64,000 nt of DNA, taken from NCBI GenBank assembly GCA_903884815.1, contig CAISGE010000043.1, positions 701 to 64,700 on the forward strand. Reading direction: 5' to 3'. The notes below the pieces were generated by a model. It ran no database searches. It had not been told where the DNA came from and was given only the letters and a program-made list of their open reading frames with translations. The position numbers were made by a program, and so were the translations under genes. The stretch's first letter is position 1. Each line of letters begins with the position of its first letter. Source of the DNA: Candidatus Omnitrophota bacterium (lineage in GTDB: Bacteria; Omnitrophota; Omnitrophia; Omnitrophales; Aquincolibacteriaceae). This document shows, one piece after another, positions 17,001 to 28,532 of the stretch.

Positions 17001-18746
17001 ATGCTAAAACCAAAACTCTTCACCACACTTAAGAATTATTCCTGGGCTCAGTTTCGTGCCGACGGTATCGCCGGTGTTATCGTCGGCGTCGTGGCCTTCC
17101 CTCTCGCGATCGCTTTTGCCATCGCCTCGGGCGTTTCCCCGGACAAAGGTCTCGTCACGGCCGTTATCGCCGGCCTCATCATCTCCGGTCTCGGAGGCAG
17201 TCGCGTACAGATCGGCGGACCGACCGGCGCGTTCGTCGTGATCGTTTACAGCATTCTCCAGAAATTCGGCATGGACGGCCTCCTGGTTGCGACGATCATG
17301 GGCGGGATCATCCTTGTGGCCATGGGCCTTTTCCGCTTTGGCTCTATCATCAAGTTCATTCCCTATCCGGTGATTGTCGGTTTCACAAGCGGGATCGCGG
17401 TCATCATCTTCTCTTCCCAGATCCGCGACTTTCTCGGCCTGACCATGTACACGGTCCCGGCGCCCTTCGTCGAAAAATGGGGCGCGTACGCCCAGGCCTT
17501 TCACACGCTCGATTTTGCCGCGCTCGCGATCGGTCTTTTTTCGCTCCTGATCCTCATCCTCTGGAAGAAAGTCTCGAACCGCATTCCCGCGGCCCTGGTC
17601 GCGCTGATCGCCTCCACCCTGATCGTTCATTATTTTAAGATTCCCGTCGAAACGATCGGCAGCCGGTTCGGGGAGATCCCGAACTCCCTGCCGCATCCCG
17701 TATTTCCCGTGATCCACTGGAAAACCCTTGGGGCACTTTTGCCGAGCGCCATCACGATCGCGGTCCTCGCGGGCATGGAATCGCTTCTTTCGGCCGTCGT
17801 GGCGGACGGCATGATCGGAGGCAAACACCGGCCGAACATGGAGCTTATCGCCCAGGGGATCGCAAATATCGCTTCCCCGCTTTTTGGCGGTATCCCGGCC
17901 ACCGGCGCGATCGCGCGCACCGCAACGAATGTCCATAACGGCGGCCGCACACCGATCGCGGGACTCATCCATGCGTTAGTCCTTTTTATCATCATGTTCT
18001 TTCTCGGGAAATGGATCGCTTGGGTGCCGCTTTCCTGTCTCGCAGCGATATTAATCATCGTGGCCTATAACATGAGCGAACGAAAATCCTTCGCGATGAT
18101 TCTGCGGAGTCCCAAAAGCGATGTCGCGGTGCTTCTTGCGACCTTTCTTTTGACGGTCTTCGTCGATCTCACTGTCGCGATCCAGGCGGGCCTTTTCCTC
18201 GCAATGCTCCTTTTTATGCGGCGCATGGCGATGGTCACGAATGTGGGTCTTATCACGGAGGAGTTAAACGATCAGGAGGATACGGACGACCCAAACGCGG
18301 TAAGCAAGCGCAAGGTCCCGCCCAAAACTGAAGTGTATGAGATCAACGGGCCCTTCTTTTTCGGAGCGTCTTATAAATTCATGGAAGCGATGAACGACAT
18401 CGGCGTGAAATCCAAAGTCCGCATCATCCGCATGCGCAATGTCTTTGCGCTCGACGCGACGGGGCTCCACACACTGACCGAAGCTTACAAAACTTTCAAA
18501 CGAAGCGGGATCACGCTTATCATCGCGGACCTTCACGCCCAACCTTTGGTCGCGATGGAGCGTTCGGGACTTCTGGAGGAGATCGGAGAGAATAATATTT
18601 TCGGGAATATCGACGAAGCCCTGAACCGCGCCCGGGAGATCCTGGGACTGCCCCAGGTCCCCAGTTCCGTTCCTTTCATCCCGACCGTTGCACGCGAGGG
18701 GGGACTCCCGGCACCCAGAAACAGCAGCAATCAAGCGGAGTTTTAA
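17001..18746 (+). CDS. SulP-family anion permease with C-terminal STAS domain
   Basis: N-terminal FRADGIAGVIVGVVAFPLAIAFAIASG signature. 581 aa. Confidence 0.85.
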   Translation: MLKPKLFTTLKNYSWAQFRADGIAGVIVGVVAFPLAIAFAIASGVSPDKGLVTAVIAGLIISGLGGSRVQIGGPTGAFVVIVYSILQKFGMDGLLVATIMGGIILVAMGLFRFGSIIKFIPYPVIVGFTSGIAVIIFSSQIRDFLGLTMYTVPAPFVEKWGAYAQAFHTLDFAALAIGLFSLLILILWKKVSNRIPAALVALIASTLIVHYFKIPVETIGSRFGEIPNSLPHPVFPVIHWKTLGALLPSAITIAVLAGMESLLSAVVADGMIGGKHRPNMELIAQGIANIASPLFGGIPATGAIARTATNVHNGGRTPIAGLIHALVLFIIMFFLGKWIAWVPLSCLAAILIIVAYNMSERKSFAMILRSPKSDVAVLLATFLLTVFVDLTVAIQAGLFLAMLLFMRRMAMVTNVGLITEELNDQEDTDDPNAVSKRKVPPKTEVYEINGPFFFGASYKFMEAMNDIGVKSKVRIIRMRNVFALDATGLHTLTEAYKTFKRSGITLIIADLHAQPLVAMERSGLLEEIGENNIFGNIDEALNRAREILGLPQVPSSVPFIPTVAREGGLPAPRNSSNQAEF

Positions 18747-18755
18747 GTGCTCTGC

Positions 18756-18794
18756 CCTTCTAATTCCCGGAATTGAATTCCCGGAATTAGAAGG
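18756..18794. promoter_or_regulatory. 39-bp near-perfect palindrome containing two AATTCCCGGAATT units
   Basis: CCTTCTAATTCCCGGAATT-G-AATTCCCGGAATTAGAAGG. Lies just downstream of the SulP stop and about 55 nt upstream of the permease start. Confidence 0.45.
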
Positions 18795-18848
18795 GTTGTG
18801 AGAAATCGCTTTGACAAACTTTCGGGCCTCATGGCAAGATAGCATCCC

Positions 18849-20426
<1,578 letters not shown>

Positions 20427-20609
20427 AACTCCAAAAACCAAGATACAAGAACCAAGTAAATTCCAAAAACTAATAATCAAACGGCCAGTTTGGATATTGG
20501 GATTTGGCGATTGGGGATTGTTTGGTTATTGTTTCTTGGAGTTTGGTTATTTGAGAACGTCTCGCAATGAGCGTTCGAAGGAATGTTTGGAAAAGGAATC
20601 GACTGGGGC

Positions 20610-21848
20610 TTAAGTGGGTTCTGCCGATTTCTTCATCCAGCGTTTTCCGCCGAGGATGCGGGCAATCAGCATGCTGACCACATTGCTGCCGACCGCGTTG
20701 ACCAGGGTTGCCGGCGGATCGACAAGCGTGCCGACCATAGAAATGACCGGAAGCGCTTCCGGCGGGAATCCGTAAAGTGTCACGATCAGAAGTTCCCCAA
20801 GAAATCCGCCTCCCGGGATACCCGTCATCACGATCCCGCTGAGAAGCGCAATGCCAAGGGCCGTGACGATCGTCCCGATCCCCGCGAACTTCATCCCGAA
20901 AAAGCTGAAGAGAAGCGCGATCTTCACAACCGCGGAAATACAGGTGCCGTCCATGTGAACCGTCGCACCGATCGGGATCACGATCTTTGAGATATCCCGC
21001 GGGACGCCGATCCTGTCTGCCGCTTCGATATTGGACGGGATGGTCGCGAGACTGCTTCCGGTTCCGAGCGCGGTCAGCGACGCGGGAATAATATTTCTCC
21101 AGAAAGCCCTGACGCCGTTCCCTCCCCCCGCGATCAGCGCGTAGAAAGAAAATCCAAGGAAAAAATAGAGGATCGAGATCGGATAATAAAGCGCGACAAC
21201 CCGGAGGTAAGAGCCCAGCAAGGTGGGGCCGAACACTCCCGTCAAATACGCGAAATAAGCACCGAGTCCGACCGGCGCGTAATACATGATGAGATGGATC
21301 GCTTTCATCATGACCTTGTTGCCGGACACCAGAACGTTCACGAAGGGCTTGCCGTCCTCGCGCGCCAGGGATGCCGAAAGACCGACCAGGAGCGAAAACA
21401 CGATCAGGGCCAGCATGTTCTCTTTAGAAAGCAGGTGAACGAAATCAGGCACCGTAAAAGCCCGGACCAGCTGTTCGACGGTTTTCACCTGCGTGATGGC
21501 AACGCCCCCGTGAAAAACAGGATGATCCACCAGCGCCGGCGGATAAAGCTTCACCCCCAGGATCATGAGAGACGCGGAAACAAGTCCTGTCGCGACAAAG
21601 AGTGTCATCATCAAGGTCATGATCTTCCCCAGGCGGTGAAGGTCGGACATCTCGGCGATCGCGGAGGAAATAGAAAAGAAAACGAGCGGCACGACGGCGG
21701 TAAAAAGCAGGTTGAGGAAAATATCGCCGAGCGGCTTGAGGACCGCGGCTTTTTCCTTGAAGACAAGCCCGAGCCCCGCGCCGAGGGCGATGGAGAAAAG
21801 CAATATTAGCGAGAAAGAGTAGTTTTTCAGAAAATTTTTATGGCTCAT
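20610..21848 (-). CDS. Dicarboxylate/amino acid:cation symporter (DAACS, GltP-like)
   Basis: Typical DAACS N-terminus and length (412 aa). Confidence 0.85.
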   Translation of the reverse strand: MSHKNFLKNYSFSLILLFSIALGAGLGLVFKEKAAVLKPLGDIFLNLLFTAVVPLVFFSISSAIAEMSDLHRLGKIMTLMMTLFVATGLVSASLMILGVKLYPPALVDHPVFHGGVAITQVKTVEQLVRAFTVPDFVHLLSKENMLALIVFSLLVGLSASLAREDGKPFVNVLVSGNKVMMKAIHLIMYYAPVGLGAYFAYLTGVFGPTLLGSYLRVVALYYPISILYFFLGFSFYALIAGGGNGVRAFWRNIIPASLTALGTGSSLATIPSNIEAADRIGVPRDISKIVIPIGATVHMDGTCISAVVKIALLFSFFGMKFAGIGTIVTALGIALLSGIVMTGIPGGGFLGELLIVTLYGFPPEALPVISMVGTLVDPPATLVNAVGSNVVSMLIARILGGKRWMKKSAEPT

Positions 21849-21855
21849 TTCTATC

Positions 21856-21930
21856 CTCGGGAAACGGGGAACGGGTAACGGAGAACGAAAAAGATATTAC
21901 ATTCCCCGTTTACCGACGGACGTTCCCCGG
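21856..21930. repeat. Heptad-periodic palindromic element, GGGAAC/AACGG-type
   Basis: GGGAAACGGGGAACGGGTAACGGAGAACG ... CCCCGTTTACCGACGGACGTTCCCC. Confidence 0.6.
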
Positions 21931-22002
21931 TGCGTCGCTTTGTGGCGCATATTGTATTTGATTCCCGCCAGAAAATCAGTAAGCTTCATGCGTCACCCCA
22001 TT

Positions 22003-22034
22003 AATTCCCGGCCTTTCGCGAAAGACCGGGAATT
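22003..22034. promoter_or_regulatory. Inverted repeat AATTCCCGG-N14-CCGGGAATT immediately upstream of the MFS start codon
   Basis: Shares the AATTCCCGG half-site with the 18756-18794 palindrome. Confidence 0.45.
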
Positions 22035-22045
22035 GGAAAGGGCTT

Positions 22046-23278
22046 ATGGAAGCAAAAAATCCGGATTCGAAACGCAAAGCCCTTCATCTCATTCTCCTTT
22101 TCGGCCTCGTCAGCCTCTTCGGGGACATTATTTATGAGGGTGCCCGGAGCGTCAACGGGCCTTACCTCAAAGTCCTGGGGGCCAACGCCCTGACGGTCGG
22201 TCTCATCGCGGGGCTCGGCGAATTCATGGGCTACGGAATCCGCCTCCTCTCCGGATATTTTTCGGATAAAACGAAATCCTACTGGTTTTTCACGATCGCC
22301 GGTTACTCGCTGCTGATCAGCGTCCCGCTCCTCGCACTCACCGGTTTCTGGAAAATGGCGGCACTTCTCATGGTGATGGAACGCATTGGCAAGGCTATCC
22401 GGAGTCCGGCAAAAGACACGATCCTCTCACAAGCCACAAAACAGGTCGGCACGGGATTCGGGTTCGGTCTCAACGAAGCCATGGACCAGATTGGGGCGAT
22501 CGTGGGGCCGCTTCTTTTCACCGTCGCGTTCCTGGGCACGGCCCAGGCTGAAAAAGGCCTCCGGGATTATCAGGCGGGCTATCACCTGCTGTGGCTGCCC
22601 TTCTTTTTCCTTATGGCCTGCGTCCTGTTCGCGTACTGGAAGACCCCGGATCCGGAAGCCCTTGAAACCTCGGTCACCCGGAACGAATCCGAAAAACTCC
22701 CGAAGATTTTCTGGCTTTACACGGCGTTCAGTTTCTTCGCGACCGCGGGCTTTGTGAGCTTTGTCCTGATGGCCTATCACTTTAAATCGAAGCATGTCCT
22801 CTCCGACGCGCAGATTCCGCTTTTCTACGCGGTTGCGATGGCCGTTGACGGCGGCGCGGCGCTTGTGATCGGGAAGCTTTATGACCGGATGAAAGAAAAG
22901 CAGAAACATGAATGGGCTGGCATCGGCACGCTTCTCATGATCCCCACGCTGTCGCTTGTGATCCCTTTCCTCTGTTTTACCACCACGCCCTGGATCGCGA
23001 TCGTGAGCATCGTTCTTTGGGGCATCGTGATGGCGGGGCATGAAACCATCATGAAGTCTACGATCGCGGACATCACGCCCCTTAAAAAACGCGGCACGGG
23101 CTACGGCATCCTGAATGTGGCCTATGGTCTCGCCATGCTCGTCGGCGGAGTCGTAATGGGTTACCTCTACGACCGCTCCCTCCCAACGCTCATGATCGGC
23201 GTCGCGGCCCTCGAACTTCTCTCGCTCCCGTTCTTCTTCGCGATGAAACGGGAAGTCGCGAAAACAGCCATCTGGTAG
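22046..23278 (+). CDS. MFS transporter
   Basis: 12-TM MFS-like profile. 410 aa. Confidence 0.8.
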   Translation: MEAKNPDSKRKALHLILLFGLVSLFGDIIYEGARSVNGPYLKVLGANALTVGLIAGLGEFMGYGIRLLSGYFSDKTKSYWFFTIAGYSLLISVPLLALTGFWKMAALLMVMERIGKAIRSPAKDTILSQATKQVGTGFGFGLNEAMDQIGAIVGPLLFTVAFLGTAQAEKGLRDYQAGYHLLWLPFFFLMACVLFAYWKTPDPEALETSVTRNESEKLPKIFWLYTAFSFFATAGFVSFVLMAYHFKSKHVLSDAQIPLFYAVAMAVDGGAALVIGKLYDRMKEKQKHEWAGIGTLLMIPTLSLVIPFLCFTTTPWIAIVSIVLWGIVMAGHETIMKSTIADITPLKKRGTGYGILNVAYGLAMLVGGVVMGYLYDRSLPTLMIGVAALELLSLPFFFAMKREVAKTAIW

Positions 23279-23297
23279 GGCAGGTTTAAACCTGCCC
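23278..23297. terminator. Perfect 20-nt palindrome GGGCAGGTTTAAACCTGCCC overlapping the MFS stop codon (no U-tract)
   Basis: Read directly. Confidence 0.35.
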
Positions 23298-23451
23298 TAC
23301 AACTAAAAACCCCTCACCGAACCTCTCCGACCTTCGGACTTGAGTCTCTTATCGCTGGTCCCAGCCCCCGATTCTCCGAATCCATGCTACATTTCTCTGA
23401 GAGAATGCCGATGAGTAAGGGCGAAAATCACTGCCTTGCTCATATAGGAGA

Positions 23452-23949
23452 ATGATCATGAAAAACACGCGAAAAGGCTTCACCCTTGTTGAAGTATTGA
23501 TCGTGGTTGTTATCATCGCTATCCTGGCGTCACTCATTGTCCCCCGAATGCTGATGCAGACGGAAAAAGCCAAAGCCGCGGAAGCCGCCCAAATAGTAGG
23601 GGTTATGAAACGAGCCGCCGAAAGAAGATTCGATCAAAATAGCGGTAATGCTTATTTCTATACGACTTTCGATGGGAAAATCATTGGTCCGGGCGGAATC
23701 ATCCTTAGCGAAAATCCTCTAGACCTCATCGGGATCGAAAAATCAAAAGATTGGAGCTACACGTACGATGCTACTTCCGATTATTGGATGGTCCAGGCAC
23801 AAAGAGCCTCCGATGGGGCTGGCCTATATTACGTGTATGATCCTAATTTTGTTTACTTCGGAGGACCCCAAACTGAAGTGTGGGGCTGCAGCGGCCCTTT
23901 TAAAGATCGCAAAGATTCCAACGGCGTTGTCATCGGTTGCACGATTTAA
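23452..23949 (+). CDS. Prepilin-type N-terminal cleavage/methylation domain protein (type IV pilin / pseudopilin-like)
   Basis: MKNTRKG|FTLVEVLIVVVIIAILA class III signal. Confidence 0.7.
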   Translation: MIMKNTRKGFTLVEVLIVVVIIAILASLIVPRMLMQTEKAKAAEAAQIVGVMKRAAERRFDQNSGNAYFYTTFDGKIIGPGGIILSENPLDLIGIEKSKDWSYTYDATSDYWMVQAQRASDGAGLYYVYDPNFVYFGGPQTEVWGCSGPFKDRKDSNGVVIGCTI

Positions 23950-24077
23950 AAACAGACTGGAATTTGCAAGCTAAAAACGCTGCCATCAGTCCCTCCACCC
24001 TTCGGACGCGAGTCTCTGGGCTGTGGTCTCTTGTCACCAGTCTCACTCCGGCCTTGCCTTAGTGCTATAATCTCCCC

Positions 24078-25145
24078 ATGAGAAAAGTGATACTGGGTAT
24101 ACTCATCAGCCTGATAGCATTCGGAACTGCGGAGGGTTATTCCATGGAAAAAGATGCCAAGAAGCCGGCCGTTTCAAAAGGGGCTCAATGCGCCCTTCCC
24201 ACAAGCGACGCTGAACTCCGGAAGCTCCTCACGCCCGAACAGTATCGCGTCATGCGTGAAAATGGCACGGAAGCGCCTTTCGTCAATGACCTCTGGAACA
24301 ATCACAAGCCCGGAATCTATGTCGACAGGATCACCGGCGAGCCTCTTTTCAGCTCTGTCGATAAATTTGATTCCGGCACCGGTTGGCCGAGCTTCATCCG
24401 CCCCATTGAAAAAGATGCCGTCACCGAAAAGGAAGACACCACTCACGGCATGGTCCGCGTCGAGGCTCGGTCGAAAAAAGGAAACTCCCATCTCGGTCAC
24501 GTCTTCCCCGATGGCCCAAAGCCGACGGGGCTCCGTTATTGCATTAATTCTGCGTCGCTGCGCTTCGTGCCTGTCGCAAACCTTGAAAAAGAAGGCTACC
24601 GAATGTATCTGACGCTCTTCGGAAAAGATCCCGAGAAAAAGAATGCGGCGGTGACCTCAAAAACAGAAACCGCCACCTTCGCCGCGGGGTGCTTCTGGGG
24701 CTCGGAGTACGCTTTCCGAAAGATCCCGGGCGTCCTCAAAACCACCGTGGGATATACCGGTGGCCACACGAAGGACCCGACCTATGAACAGGTCTGCTCC
24801 CACACGACCGGCCACGCCGAAGCCGTTCAAGTCGAATTCGATCCCGCGAAAGTATCCTACGAAAAGCTCCTGGAAACTTTTTGGGCGATGCATGATCCGA
24901 CCACCGTGAACCGCCAGGGGCCGGATATCGGGGATCAATATCGCTCCGCGGTCTTTTTTAACTCTCCGGAACAGGAAAAGGCGGCGTTGGCGCTTAAGAG
25001 CAAACTGGAAAAGTCCGAAAAGTTCAAACGGCCGGTCGTCACCGAGATTACCGCCGCACCGCGATTTTATCCCGCCGAGGAGTATCACCAGCAGTATTTC
25101 GAAAAAACCGGACAGCGGCCGCAGTGCCATCTCCCCAAAAGCTGA
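24078..25145 (+). CDS. msrAB: Bifunctional peptide methionine sulfoxide reductase MsrB-MsrA with signal peptide
   Basis: MsrB motifs ([16 protein letters not shown]) are followed by MsrA (AGCFWGSE). N-terminal signal [16 protein letters not shown]. Confidence 0.85.
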   Translation: MRKVILGILISLIAFGTAEGYSMEKDAKKPAVSKGAQCALPTSDAELRKLLTPEQYRVMRENGTEAPFVNDLWNNHKPGIYVDRITGEPLFSSVDKFDSGTGWPSFIRPIEKDAVTEKEDTTHGMVRVEARSKKGNSHLGHVFPDGPKPTGLRYCINSASLRFVPVANLEKEGYRMYLTLFGKDPEKKNAAVTSKTETATFAAGCFWGSEYAFRKIPGVLKTTVGYTGGHTKDPTYEQVCSHTTGHAEAVQVEFDPAKVSYEKLLETFWAMHDPTTVNRQGPDIGDQYRSAVFFNSPEQEKAALALKSKLEKSEKFKRPVVTEITAAPRFYPAEEYHQQYFEKTGQRPQCHLPKS

Positions 25146-25330
25146 CCATAGACCATCGACTAAAGACCAAAGCAAAAATATCCGGCAATATTCTTGTGGC
25201 TAGTCGCTAGTCGTTAGTCATCGCTCTTCGGCGCCGCTTCTTGATAAAAATTCGGGCGGTTCGTAGAGGAATAACGTATAATCCCTTCACTTCCACCATG
25301 CAGCATTCATTCTAAAATTAAGGAGAGATC

Positions 25331-26035
25331 ATGGCACTTCAAGGCTGGTTTCAATTCAAAAAAATGCGCGTGATCTTGGCTTGGAGCGCGATCCCGCTCC
25401 TTCTTCTTTGTTCCCACATGACGGACCGGAGTTTCCAGTGGGGCGCCGTCCTCATGGTGATCGGCGAAATGATCCGCTTTTGGGCGCTCGGCTTCATGGA
25501 GAAAAAAGGGCAGAAACTTGCCATGAGCGGGCCCTACGCCTTCGTGCGCAATCCTCTCTATGTCGGGAATTTCTTTCTGGGCCTGGTCGTCACCGTCATC
25601 GTCTGGAACTGGATCATCCTGGTTGTGTTTCTTGTCGGCTTTCTCGGGATCTACGCCGGGACGATCCGCGGCGAAGAAAAACATCTTCTGGAAAAGTTCG
25701 GCAAGACCTTCGAAGATTACTGCAAGAATGTCCCCTCACTTTTCCCAAGGTTCTCGCCCTATGACGCGCCGACGCGAGACGCCTTTCTGTGGAGCCGCAT
25801 CACCAAGCATCACGAGTACATCACGGTCATGGGCGTCGCCCTGATCCTTCTCCTGATCCAGCTTTACGAAAAACTTTTCCGGCTCAAAGAACCGGCCGCT
25901 GACCACAAGATGCTGATCGCGTCAGCCGTGATCGTGGTGCTCGCCCTTGCGCTCGAACGTTTATTGGTCAGTAAACTCCACATCACATTTTTTGAACGGC
26001 TCCGGGAAAAACACACGCCTTCTCAAAAATCTTAA
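25331..26035 (+). CDS. Isoprenylcysteine carboxyl methyltransferase (ICMT)/phospholipid methyltransferase family membrane protein
   Basis: VRNPLYVGN and EEKHLLEKFGxxFxxY motifs. Multi-TM. Confidence 0.65.
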   Translation: MALQGWFQFKKMRVILAWSAIPLLLLCSHMTDRSFQWGAVLMVIGEMIRFWALGFMEKKGQKLAMSGPYAFVRNPLYVGNFFLGLVVTVIVWNWIILVVFLVGFLGIYAGTIRGEEKHLLEKFGKTFEDYCKNVPSLFPRFSPYDAPTRDAFLWSRITKHHEYITVMGVALILLLIQLYEKLFRLKEPAADHKMLIASAVIVVLALALERLLVSKLHITFFERLREKHTPSQKS

Positions 26036-26042
26036 GCCTTCC

Positions 26043-26080
26043 CAAGGCCCGGTCTTTTTTTAAAGGCCGGGCCTTTCATT
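26043..26080 (+). terminator. Hairpin AAGGCCCGG-N13-CCGGGCCTT followed by a T-rich tract
   Basis: Read directly. Lies downstream of the ICMT-family gene. Confidence 0.45.
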
Positions 26081-26183
26081 CTCGCCACGAAAAAATTCGC
26101 TTAGCCCTCAGTAAAAAGTTGACCCGAGCGCGGCTGAGTCCCTATAATCCCTCAGATCATTTTTCTCTCGGGAGGTTTGACCC

Positions 26184-27635
26184 ATGATGGATTTTAAACA
26201 AAAGGTCCTTTGCATCGGTTTCGGCTCTGTCGGAAAATGCGCTCTGCCGATTCTCCTCGAGCACATCCGCATTCCCTACAAAAACATCACGGTCCTCGAC
26301 TTGGCCGACAAGCGCAAGGAACTCGCGCCCTGGATCAAGAAAGGCGTTGTCTTCTCCCAGGAACGCATCAACCCCATCAATATCGCCCGAACCCTTTCAA
26401 AATATGTCTCGCCCGGCGGCATGATCATCGACCTGGCGTGGAACATTGATTCGATCGACATGCTTTCCTGGTGCCATGAAAATAAAGTGCTCTACGTGAA
26501 CACTTCCGTCGAGGAATGGGACCCCTACGCCAACATCGATAAAAAAACCCCCCTGGAAAAATCGCTTTATTTCAAGCAAATGGAGATCCGCAAGATGACG
26601 GCCAAATGGAGCGACGGGGCCACGACCGCGGTGCTGGACCACGGGGCCAATCCGGGGCTGATCTCCCACTTCACGAAGCAGGGGCTTCTCGATATCGCCG
26701 AAAAAGCGACGCGCGACAAAACCACGTCCAAGCGCGACCGCAAGACCCTGGAACGTTTTATCCGCGATGAGAAATTCCACCGCCTGGCGATGAAGCTCGG
26801 GGTAAAAACCATTCACATCAGCGAGCGCGACACCCAGATCACCGATCAGCCCAAGGAAGTGGATGAATTCGTCGGAACCTGGTCGATCGAAGGGCTCCGG
26901 GAAGAAGCCATCTCCCCCTCAGAAATGGGTTGGGGCACGCATGAAAAAGAACTTCCGCTTCTGGCCACGATACCGGACTACGGCCCGCAGAACCAGATCT
27001 TCCTGTCTCAGATGGGAATGAACACCTGGGTACGCTCTTGGGTTCCTAACTACGAGATCGTCGGAATGGTCATTCGCCACGGCGAAGCCTTCTCGATCTC
27101 TGAAAAACTCACGGTGTGGAAGAACGGGAAAGCCATCTATCGCCCCACGGTCCATTACGCTTATATGCCTTGCAACGAAACCCTGGCCTCGGTCCACGAA
27201 CTCCGGTGCCGCAATTACGAGCTTCAGCCCAAATGCCGCATTATGTCCGATGAGATCGTCAAAGGCGCGGACATCCTGGGCTCGCTCATCATGGGACACA
27301 AATACAACTCCTGGTGGACGGGAAGCATCCTGACGATCGACGAAGCCCGCAAACTCGTGCCACATCAAAACGCGACCACGATCCAGGTCGCGATCGGCGT
27401 CGTCGCGGCAGCCATGTGGATGATCGAGAACCCTGGAAAAGGCGTCTGCGTCGCGGATGACCTCCCGCATAAGGAAATCCTCGCGACCGCAAAACCCTAT
27501 CTCGGAACGTTTGTTTCTGAAGTCAACGACTGGACACCTTTTGAGAATTATCAGGTGTTCTTCAAAGAGAACCTCCATTCGCACCTGGACAAGAAAAACC
27601 CCTGGTGCTTTAAGAACTTTCTTTTTAAACCCTGA
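26184..27635 (+). CDS. hss: Homospermidine synthase
   Basis: Near-colinear with bacterial Hss. Motifs GFGSVG, KGIHISERDTQ, VNTWSVEG, HYAYMPCNE, QNATTIQV, PYLG and DWTP are present. Confidence 0.85.
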   Translation: MMDFKQKVLCIGFGSVGKCALPILLEHIRIPYKNITVLDLADKRKELAPWIKKGVVFSQERINPINIARTLSKYVSPGGMIIDLAWNIDSIDMLSWCHENKVLYVNTSVEEWDPYANIDKKTPLEKSLYFKQMEIRKMTAKWSDGATTAVLDHGANPGLISHFTKQGLLDIAEKATRDKTTSKRDRKTLERFIRDEKFHRLAMKLGVKTIHISERDTQITDQPKEVDEFVGTWSIEGLREEAISPSEMGWGTHEKELPLLATIPDYGPQNQIFLSQMGMNTWVRSWVPNYEIVGMVIRHGEAFSISEKLTVWKNGKAIYRPTVHYAYMPCNETLASVHELRCRNYELQPKCRIMSDEIVKGADILGSLIMGHKYNSWWTGSILTIDEARKLVPHQNATTIQVAIGVVAAAMWMIENPGKGVCVADDLPHKEILATAKPYLGTFVSEVNDWTPFENYQVFFKENLHSHLDKKNPWCFKNFLFKP

Positions 27636-27646
27636 GAATCCTGTCC

Positions 27647-28108
27647 ATGCCAACGACAAGCCTCTGCGCAGAGCATCAGCAACCCGGCCAGGGAAATTGC
27701 GCCGCATGCCAGAAGAGTCTCTGCAATGCCTGCACGATACGCCTTTCCCAGGGACGGACGCTTTGCGCTTCCTGCTTTAACTCTCAAGCCTCCGGGGCGG
27801 GAGAAGCATCCCTGGCGGCCTACCGAAAAACCTGGACGCAATTCAAATGGTTCCAGATCCTCGGTGTCCCTGCGACCATCGCGTTTGTTTATTTCTTGAA
27901 TAAGGCCAATTCCCTTAGCTGCGCTTTCCGGATAGATGCCTATCTTTATTTCCTTATACCGCTCCCCATCGTCACCTATCTTTATTTTTTCTTTAAACTG
28001 CGCTGCCCTTCATGCCGCAGCTATGTGCTTTTTTATTTCGGTAACAGCATCTTGGAGTCCGTCCGGTCCAAGTTCTGCCCTCGCTGCGGCCAACAGTTGA
28101 AAGCCTGA
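27647..28108 (+). CDS. Membrane protein with N-terminal B-box-like zinc finger and C-terminal zinc ribbon
   Basis: Cys clusters flank two predicted TM helices. Lies 12 nt downstream of hss. Confidence 0.5.
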   Translation: MPTTSLCAEHQQPGQGNCAACQKSLCNACTIRLSQGRTLCASCFNSQASGAGEASLAAYRKTWTQFKWFQILGVPATIAFVYFLNKANSLSCAFRIDAYLYFLIPLPIVTYLYFFFKLRCPSCRSYVLFYFGNSILESVRSKFCPRCGQQLKA

Positions 28109-28116
28109 TTTCGCCC

Positions 28117-28464
28117 ATGATCAAAAAAAAGAATGAACGGGAAGTCGAAGTCCGCCAGCACATGCGCGGAGGCGAGGGCGCCGTGACCGTCCGCCACTAT
28201 TTCAAGCCCGAGGAGATCAAAGTCGCGACGCGACTTTGCGCGGAGCTTTTGCTCCCTCCCGGCACGGACATCGGCCTTCACGACCATGTGAACGAAGATG
28301 AGATCTATATCATTCAAAAAGGGCGGGGGCTCATGACCGACGGCGGCAAAGAATTCCAGGTTGAAGCTGGGGACGCCATCCTCACCGGCCAGGGCGCCTC
28401 GCATTCCATCAAAAACACCGGCACGGAAGATCTCGTCATCACGGCCGTCATCATCAAGTACTAA
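28117..28464 (+). CDS. Cupin domain protein
   Basis: HDHVNEDEIYIIQKGRG ... HSIKNTG cupin motifs. Confidence 0.65.
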   Translation: MIKKKNEREVEVRQHMRGGEGAVTVRHYFKPEEIKVATRLCAELLLPPGTDIGLHDHVNEDEIYIIQKGRGLMTDGGKEFQVEAGDAILTGQGASHSIKNTGTEDLVITAVIIKY

Positions 28465-28525
28465 GATTTTAAATTTTCCCGCCTTTGGACGGGACCCCGC
28501 CGCAGGCGGTGGCAAACTTTGAGAT
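28465..28525. repeat. Roughly 60-bp repeated element, copy 1 (AAATTTTCCCGCCTTTGGACGGGACCCCGCCGCAGGCGGTGGCAAACTTTGAGAT)
   Basis: About 90% identical to 30706-30767. Conserved CCGCC-NNN-GGCGG hairpin. Confidence 0.65.
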
Positions 28526-28532
28526 CGTAGCC

